Source: Neoconidiobolus thromboides FSU 785 (taxonomy: Eukaryota > Fungi > Entomophthoromycota). From it: DNA of 56,498 nucleotides. The notes beneath the pieces are model-generated. The model was not told the DNA's origin, did no database searches, and saw only the letters and a program-made list of their open reading frames with translations. Position 1 is the stretch's first letter. Every line of letters begins with the position of its first letter. The position numbers and the translations under genes are program-made. Location of the stretch: the NCBI GenBank assembly GCA_025603075.1, contig MU626392.1, positions 1-56,498 on the forward strand, given 5' to 3'. Positions 49,810 through 56,498 of the stretch are shown here, piece by piece.

Positions 49810-51522
49810 ATGAAGTTGTTATCACTTTTATTTAGTTTTGGGCTCTTAAATAGATTCAATGGGTCCGCTCCTAAAGGTGAAGTATTTGATTTAAACAGGC
49901 ATCCTAAGTTAAATATCGTAGTGCACTCAGCATTTGGTGGAAGAAGCCACATCAAATCATCTTTAGAAATAGGTGATGCATTAGCACAAAGAGGACATAA
50001 AATCACATATGCCACCTTAGATGATAATATTCGATTTACAAAAGGATATGATATTGGTAATTATTCTATAGGTGGGGGATTCCTTGATGATGAAACCATG
50101 AGGAATATAATGAGAGAAAGAATTTTAGATCGAAATACAGAAAATACAGGCAAAGCAATGGCAAGGACTTTAGGACCAGTTTTTATTATAAATTATGAAC
50201 GCACTTTTCAACCACTTAAAGAATATTTGATAAAATCAAAGCCCGATCTCATAGCTTGTGATTTTTTTGCTCATCCATGTATTGATTTAGCAAAACATTT
50301 GAAAATACCTTTGATTATTAGTTATCAAACTACAGAAGGTGTTGCGTTAACTATGGAGCCTTTTGTTACTTCAGGTTTTGAATATAGTCCAATTTATACT
50401 AAAGATATGTCTTTTATTCAGCGCTTTTATTCTCTGACTATTAAACCAATAGTTAGTCTCCATTATATATCTAAGGTAGTCGCTATGGAAAATAAAGTAC
50501 GACAAAAATTTGGAATTCCATCGACTAATGAATTTCAGCCTGGTTTAGATTATGGTTTAAATCTTGTAAGTACCTTTATTGGATTTGAACCAGCTACTAG
50601 ATCACCCCCAAATTTAATTCATGTTGGCCCAATTGTATCTGAAAACAAAGATTTATTGACAGCTGAATTAAATACCTTTTTAAATACTCATGAGAACACT
50701 TTATTTATCGCTTTTGGTTCCAACTCTGTATTAAATGAAAGTTTAACCAAAAGAATACTAGAAGCCTCTTTATTAGCTATTGAAAAAGGTGTTATTGATG
50801 GTGTTGTATGGGGGTTAGGACGTACTAACAAAGATGACTTCCCGCTCGAAGTAAACAATGGCAAAGGTGGTAAAGTAAAAGTGCAAGATTTATTCAAGGG
50901 AAAGAATGATAAAATTAAGTTGTTATCTTGGGCACCCCAAGTATCTGTTTTAAATCATAAGAATACTAAATTATTCATATCTCATGGTGGAATTGAGTCT
51001 ACCTTTGAAGCCATTCATTCAGGTACTCCAGTATTATGTTTAGCATTATTTGGTGATCAACCAAGAAATGCACGTAAATTGGAAGAAGTAGGGGGTGGGC
51101 TTTATGTGGACAAATTTACATTTACAGCTGAATCTTTAAAACAACAATTTAAAACTATTATTGAGGATAGAGATAACAAATTTAAATCCAACCTATCAAG
51201 AATGAAGACTATTTCTCATCATAATTCAAGAAGGCTTAATTATGCAGCTGATTTATATGAACAACATGCTTATACCGCTAAAGCATGTAGAAAATATGAA
51301 CCTTATGATCCCAACTCGAACGTCCCACCTTGTGAAATCAAACATCTTATACCAGTGTCCAATCAAATGTCCTTTATCAAAGCTAATGGTATTGACGTTT
51401 TTGCTACAGCTCTTGTAATATTGCTAGTAAGTATTGCATTGGCTTTATATTCTTTAAATCAATTGTATAAATTTGGATTAGAATATTATAAGCAAATGAT
51501 AACTAAACCTAAAGTAGAATAA
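49810..51522 (+). CDS. UDP-glycosyltransferase (GT1), signal peptide + C-terminal TM, intronless
   Basis: HSAFGGRSHIK (catalytic His region), PDLIACDFF, UGT signature WAPQVSVLNHKNTKLFISHGGIESTFEAIHSGTPVLCLALFGDQ, C-terminal TM followed by a Lys-containing tail. Confidence 0.95.
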   Translation: MKLLSLLFSFGLLNRFNGSAPKGEVFDLNRHPKLNIVVHSAFGGRSHIKSSLEIGDALAQRGHKITYATLDDNIRFTKGYDIGNYSIGGGFLDDETMRNIMRERILDRNTENTGKAMARTLGPVFIINYERTFQPLKEYLIKSKPDLIACDFFAHPCIDLAKHLKIPLIISYQTTEGVALTMEPFVTSGFEYSPIYTKDMSFIQRFYSLTIKPIVSLHYISKVVAMENKVRQKFGIPSTNEFQPGLDYGLNLVSTFIGFEPATRSPPNLIHVGPIVSENKDLLTAELNTFLNTHENTLFIAFGSNSVLNESLTKRILEASLLAIEKGVIDGVVWGLGRTNKDDFPLEVNNGKGGKVKVQDLFKGKNDKIKLLSWAPQVSVLNHKNTKLFISHGGIESTFEAIHSGTPVLCLALFGDQPRNARKLEEVGGGLYVDKFTFTAESLKQQFKTIIEDRDNKFKSNLSRMKTISHHNSRRLNYAADLYEQHAYTAKACRKYEPYDPNSNVPPCEIKHLIPVSNQMSFIKANGIDVFATALVILLVSIALALYSLNQLYKFGLEYYKQMITKPKVE

Positions 51523-51855
51523 AAATGAATATTTTTTTGATTCCACTAAAATTTTGTTAAACTATGCTATAAATGATTCTATTTTATTTTTAAAGTAACT
51601 TGACAATATCTAAATTTTTATTAGCCATTATTTATTATTTAAATATAATACATATTTGTATAGTATTTAATATCAGTGATCTAAGTCTTTGTTCTTTATG
51701 TATTCACAAGGTAGTATTTTAAAAGAGCTAATATTTCAAAGCATTTGTAATATCAAAAGTATATTGTAATTAACAGATAAAATTTAACTTTTATTAGCTT
51801 AATAAGAGCTATTAAATATTTTTATATACTTGAAATTAATTTTCTATTTATATAT

Positions 51856-51951
51856 GGACATGTATTTTTGTTTAAGAATTTTATTAACAACCTTTCTACT
51901 CAAATAGTGCTTAAAAGATAGAAAAAGTAATGAAATAAAAAAAACATCCCC
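51856..51951 (+). mobile_element. MITE copy, TSD ATAT/ATAT
   Basis: GGACATG...CATCCCC termini. Confidence 0.88.
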
Positions 51952-52007
51952 ATATTGATGTAATTAATCATCAACCTTTTTTAATAAAAAAATTTAGTTT
52001 AATATAT

Positions 52008-52106
52008 GGGGATGATTTTTTTGACTTCATTACTTTTTCCACCTTTTAAGCGCTATTCGAGCGGAAAATTTGTTAGTAAAATTCTTAAACGCAAAAATAC
52101 GTCCCC
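52008..52106 (-). mobile_element. MITE copy (CpG-retaining), TSD ATAT/ATAT
   Basis: GGGGATG...CGTCCCC termini; retains TTCGAGCGG, AACGC and TACGT. Confidence 0.92.
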
Positions 52107-52110
52107 ATAT

Positions 52111-52209
52111 GGCGGTGTTTTTTTTGGCTTCATTACTTTTTCTATCTTTTAAGCGCTATTTGAGTGGAAAAATTATCAGCAAAATTGTTAAACACAAAAA
52201 TATATCCCC
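52111..52209 (-). mobile_element. MITE copy, TSD ATAT/ATAT, shares its left TSD with the previous copy
   Basis: GGCGGTG...TATCCCC termini. Confidence 0.9.
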
Positions 52210-52271
52210 ATATGCTTGTTTATTTTTATCAAATATTAATTTTAATACTCAAATGAATAGAGTATCATTAA

Positions 52272-53996
52272 TCATTCCATTTTGAATTTCTTGGAAATAT
52301 TATTATAACACTTAAACCCGATTTTAGATAAACAATATATGGAGTAGAAAGACAAAATTAAGCTAGATAAAAGTAATAAAATAAGCGCACCATAGATATC
52401 AATCCCTTTACCAGAAATAAAGGACATTTGTTGAGATACTGGCACAAGATGTTTGATTTCACAAGGAGGTAAATCAGAGTTAGGGTTATATGGTTCCAGT
52501 TCTCTACAAGCTTTAGCAGTATAAGCATGTTGTTCAAATAAATCAACAGCAACGTTAATTCTTTTTGAATTATAATAAGAGATCGTTTTCATTCTTAATA
52601 AATTTGATTGAAATTTATGATCTTTATCTTCGATGATAGTTTTGAATTGTTCTTTGAGAGATTGAGGTGTGAAGGTAACTTTATCCACATAAAGACCAGT
52701 TCCTATCTCTTCAATTTTACGTGCATTTCTTGGTTGATCAGCAATTAATGCTAAGCATAATATAGGTGTACCTGAATAAATGGCTTCAAAGGTGGATTCT
52801 AATCCACCATGAGATATGAATAATTTAGTATTCTTATGATTTAAAACAGATACTTGTGGTGCCCAAGATAATAACCGAATATTTTTGTTTTTTCCTTCAA
52901 ATAAATCCTGTACTTTTATCTTTTTTCCTTTACGATCCTTGATTTCTATTGGAAAATCATTTTGTTTTGTTTTACCTAAACCCCATACAATACCATCAAT
53001 AATGTTTTCTTCGATAGCTAATAAACAAGCTTCTAATATTTTTTGAGTTATGTTTTCATTCAATATAGAGTGGGAACCAAAAGCAATAAACAATGTGTTT
53101 TCATGAAAATCCAAAAACTCACTTAATTCTGGTGTTAATTTGTCTCTATTTTCCGATACAATTGGACCCACATGAACTAAATCTGGTAATGTGTTAGTTG
53201 CTGGTTCAAACCCAACAAAGCTATTAGCGATATTTAACCCATAGTTTGCCCCTGGATTCATCCCATTAACAATAGGAATTTGGTATTTTTTTCTTAATTG
53301 GTTAGTAACATCGCCCATACTAGAAAAATAATAAATTTTGATAGCAGGCTGAAGAATTTGAGCATTAAAACGTTCAATAAAAGACATGTCTTTAGTATAA
53401 ATAGGCGCATAATCTGAACTCATAGTAATAAAAGGCTCTACAATTAAACCTAAATTATCCGTGGATTGATAACCGATGATTAATGGTAATTTTAAATGTT
53501 TGGCTAAATCAATACATGATATTGCAAAAAAACTACAAACTACTAGATCCGGTTTGGTTTCTATTAAATACTCTTTGAGTGGCAAAAATGTATCTTCATA
53601 ATATTTACTAAAAAAAGAACCTAATGATTTAGCTAAATATTTAGGATTTAATTCACTTGGTGATTGAGCTATCATTTGCTTAACTTTAGCACGTAATAAT
53701 TTTTCCATTTCAGTATCCGTCTCAGTAGATCCTAAAGTATAATTTTTTATATTATAGCCTGAAGTAAATCTAATATTATCATGAATCGTTGCATATGTTA
53801 TGGAATGGCCTCTTTTTGCTAATACATCCCCAATCTCTAATAAGGATTTGATATGGCTTCGTCCCCCAAAGGAGGAGTGTAATACTATGTTGAGTTTATG
53901 ATTAGGCAATCCTTGCTTTTCAATAGAAGCATTTCCAAAATTCGATAAAAACAAAGATAATATTAAAGTAAATATATTCATTTTAGTTAATTTCAA
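52272..53996 (-). CDS. UDP-glycosyltransferase (GT1), paralogue of 49810-51522
   Basis: Same architecture; WAPQVSVLNHKNTKLFISHGGLESTFEAIYSGTPILCLALIADQ; C-terminal TM and KKFKME tail. Confidence 0.95.
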   Translation of the reverse strand: MKLTKMNIFTLILSLFLSNFGNASIEKQGLPNHKLNIVLHSSFGGRSHIKSLLEIGDVLAKRGHSITYATIHDNIRFTSGYNIKNYTLGSTETDTEMEKLLRAKVKQMIAQSPSELNPKYLAKSLGSFFSKYYEDTFLPLKEYLIETKPDLVVCSFFAISCIDLAKHLKLPLIIGYQSTDNLGLIVEPFITMSSDYAPIYTKDMSFIERFNAQILQPAIKIYYFSSMGDVTNQLRKKYQIPIVNGMNPGANYGLNIANSFVGFEPATNTLPDLVHVGPIVSENRDKLTPELSEFLDFHENTLFIAFGSHSILNENITQKILEACLLAIEENIIDGIVWGLGKTKQNDFPIEIKDRKGKKIKVQDLFEGKNKNIRLLSWAPQVSVLNHKNTKLFISHGGLESTFEAIYSGTPILCLALIADQPRNARKIEEIGTGLYVDKVTFTPQSLKEQFKTIIEDKDHKFQSNLLRMKTISYYNSKRINVAVDLFEQHAYTAKACRELEPYNPNSDLPPCEIKHLVPVSQQMSFISGKGIDIYGALILLLLSSLILSFYSIYCLSKIGFKCYNNISKKFKME

Positions 53997-54386
53997 TTTA
54001 TTTAATTGTTAGTGTTTATATACTCTTTTTTAGAAAAAGTTTAATAATGTAATATACATATAGTTCTTCTTATCACGTCAATGGTAAAATGATTTCGGTT
54101 TATGTTAACTGGATGAATTTTTAGTTCTATTTCTTTTTAAACTTAAATTGCTTTCGGCGCTTAAAATTTAAAAGCTGAACACCGATTATTAGGTTTTCCC
54201 ATTAATTCCTTAACTTATAAAGAAAAAATCAATATTATTATTTCAGTTAATTGATTTATTAATTCAATATGTTAATGTCTTTTATTGAAGTTTAAAGAAC
54301 TAGTTTTAATAATCTATTGAAACAATTTTTTTAGATCAATAAAAGTAGTTTTAAATAGTTGACTAATATTAATAAATAAAACATAT

Positions 54387-54483
54387 GGGGATGTATTTTT
54401 GTATTTAAGAATTTTACTAACAAATTTTCCACTCAAATAGTACTTAAGATGGAAAAAGTAATGAAGCCAAAAAAAACACCCTC
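54387..54483 (+). mobile_element. MITE copy, TSD ATAT/ATAT
   Basis: GGGGATG...CACCCTC termini. Confidence 0.9.
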
Positions 54484-55329
54484 ATATTTAAAAGTTACTT
54501 AATGGATTGAGTTTTTAACTAAAAATCTTTAAATGAATTGAAACTAAGTCCAAAATGTTATTACATTTAAAATTAGATGCAATATTTTTGTCGCGTCATA
54601 GCCATAGTATGGAAAAAATCCAATAAAACTAAAGTAAAAAAACTGATAATAATTTTTAAAGGTGAACAAAATTAAGAAGTTCCATAGTGCCATTTTCAAT
54701 TTTGCTGTCTTTGTTGAAAATTATTTATCTAATTTTCTACTTCAGTTTTTTGATATTTTTTCCTTGCTATGACTGTAGTGTGATAAAAATGCTGTACACT
54801 AAACCAGTTATTTTAAATTTACTGTCATTCTCTAATATAAACAAAAAGGTTAGTTAATTATTGGATTTAAGAGAAAAGGTGGGGAAGTAGTAAGATACAC
54901 ACTCTTTTTAGTCAAAGCTTGAGATTGGAACCTTAGTCTTCTCAAAGAAGAGGGAATTACTTACCAAAGGGATGCTGTTTATATACCCGTTAAAGTAGTG
55001 AAAAGTGATTTGTCTATTGAAGTATTCTTACATTTTCGGACATTTTTGATCTCATTTGTAATAGTGAGTTATTTGTAAAATCGAATGATTCAAGGAATTT
55101 AAAAATAAGGCAAATAAAATAAATTAAAAATCCATACATTCGATATACAATTTCAGTAATAGTTCGAAGCAATTTTATATAAGTAAAAAGCTAAATATAA
55201 AGAAACACGTAATTTATTTAAATAATTAGTTGAAATAGAATACCAAAACATGTTCTTTGTTAATATTAATAAAACTTACTTAACCTTACTTTTATGTTGA
55301 AACTATAAACCAGATAAAGTTAAACTAAT

Positions 55330-56498
55330 TAATTTAATAACTATATAGAGTAAGAACTCTAATAAAACTAACAACAGCATAGTATTGGTACGATATATAC
55401 CGATACTATAAGTAGAGACGAAAGACATTTGATGGAATGGTGGCATAGTATGCTTAAATTCATAAGGAAGTAAATTAGAATTAGTCTCACGAGATCCATA
55501 TTTTCTGTATCCTTTAGTAGTATAGAAATGTTGTTCAAATAAATCAGTTGCATAATCAAGTCTTTTAGAACTGAATGAGCAATTGTTTTTACCCTTAATA
55601 AGTTAGATTGAAATTTGTTATTTTTATCTTCAATTATTGTCTTAAATTGGTCTTTTAAAAACCTAAGTGTGAATGTAAATTTATCAACATAAAGCCCAAC
55701 TTCTGCTTCTTTTAGTTTAGCGACATTTCTAGGTTAGTCTCCGAGTATTCGTTCAACTCAGGTATCAATGTTTCCTTATTTTTACTAAGAATAAGTCCAA
55801 TATTCATCATATTTGAGGATAATTTTAACATTGGTTCTAAATCAAAAAAGTATTAGCAATAATTAAGGAAAAACTAAAATTATCAAATAAACTATTATGT
55901 ACTTTAATATTCGATTGTTTTTTATGCTATTTTATATAATAACAAGAAACATAAAAAGTGATAATTTGATCATAAAACTCGGTAAAAAATATAGCTGTTT
56001 TGTATTCAATAATTTATACTTATTCCCCAAAGTTAGATAAGGTTGATATTCAATACTTAATCCATCAATAGCTTAGAACTCAATAATATCGGGTATTTTT
56101 AGTTGTTTTATTAAGTCATTATAACTTTTAGATAATCAGTTATAATATAGCAAATTCATTAGGTTATTAGTTAGATATTTCTTTAATGGAATTAATGTTT
56201 CATCATATCATATAGTTACATAATTAACAATAAGATCTAAGAAATGTTTTATACGATGTATCTTAGGCTTTAGTAACACCTGAGTTCTCATAACGTTTTT
56301 TAATAAGTCACCATTGATAAGTTTATCTGTAAAATAGTTGGTTGGGCTATAACCTTGGGTAAATTTAATATTACTTTCAATGGTTACATAACTGACTTGC
56401 TGCCCTCATAATGTTAATTTTTTTCCAATTTTTAGTATGCCTTAGGTATATGAGCAACCAACTACACTTGAATGAAGCATTATATTCAATGGAATGTT
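55330..56498 (-). pseudogene. Degraded third UGT copy (runs off the window end)
   Basis: Minus-strand fragments PLNIMLHSSVVGCSYT*GILKIG..VSYVTIESNIKFTQGY, YDETLIPLKKYL..KQLKIP, GD*PRNVAKLKEAEVGLYVDKFTF and KRLDYATDLFEQH..QMSF match the intact UGTs but carry stops, frameshifts and internal deletion. Confidence 0.85.

Noticed and set aside
1647-54483. MITE arrays as a CRISPR-like or satellite repeat
   Set aside because: Copies are dispersed, in both orientations, with TIRs and site-specific TSDs. There is no repeat-spacer periodicity, and the sequence is eukaryotic.
11191-55559. Short ORFs antisense or overlapping to real genes (11191, 21463, 25345, 32804, 38164, 45703, 49656, 50688, 52358, 55368) and other short AT-rich ORFs
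   Set aside because: Shadow or off-frame readings of supported genes or the pseudogene, or low-complexity ORFs without motifs.

Overview
Very AT-rich eukaryotic genomic DNA with short (~40-60 bp) GT-AG introns. Velvet, Gti1/Pac2 (WOPR) and CreC-type genes show it is fungal. The composition and gene set fit an early-diverging fungus such as Entomophthoromycotina (inference). Housekeeping genes: POL5/MYBBP1A, CreC/WDR20, a PA-RING E3 ligase, COG8, TPT1, NAD(P)HX epimerase and glutaminyl cyclase. Accessory content: a bacillopeptidase-F-like S8 protease, a separate gene encoding only a homologue of its propeptide, two intronless membrane-anchored UDP-glycosyltransferases plus a decayed third copy, four divergent Tubby-C/LURP-like ORFs, an orphan 12-exon gene and an orphan secreted protein. 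Sixteen copies of a ~97-bp non-autonomous DNA transposon (MITE) are present, with 5'-GRGG terminal inverted repeats and 4-bp target-site duplications (Sola-like signature). The copies stack into each other's TSDs and show CpG decay. All gene models and alignments were made by eye; no database searches were run.
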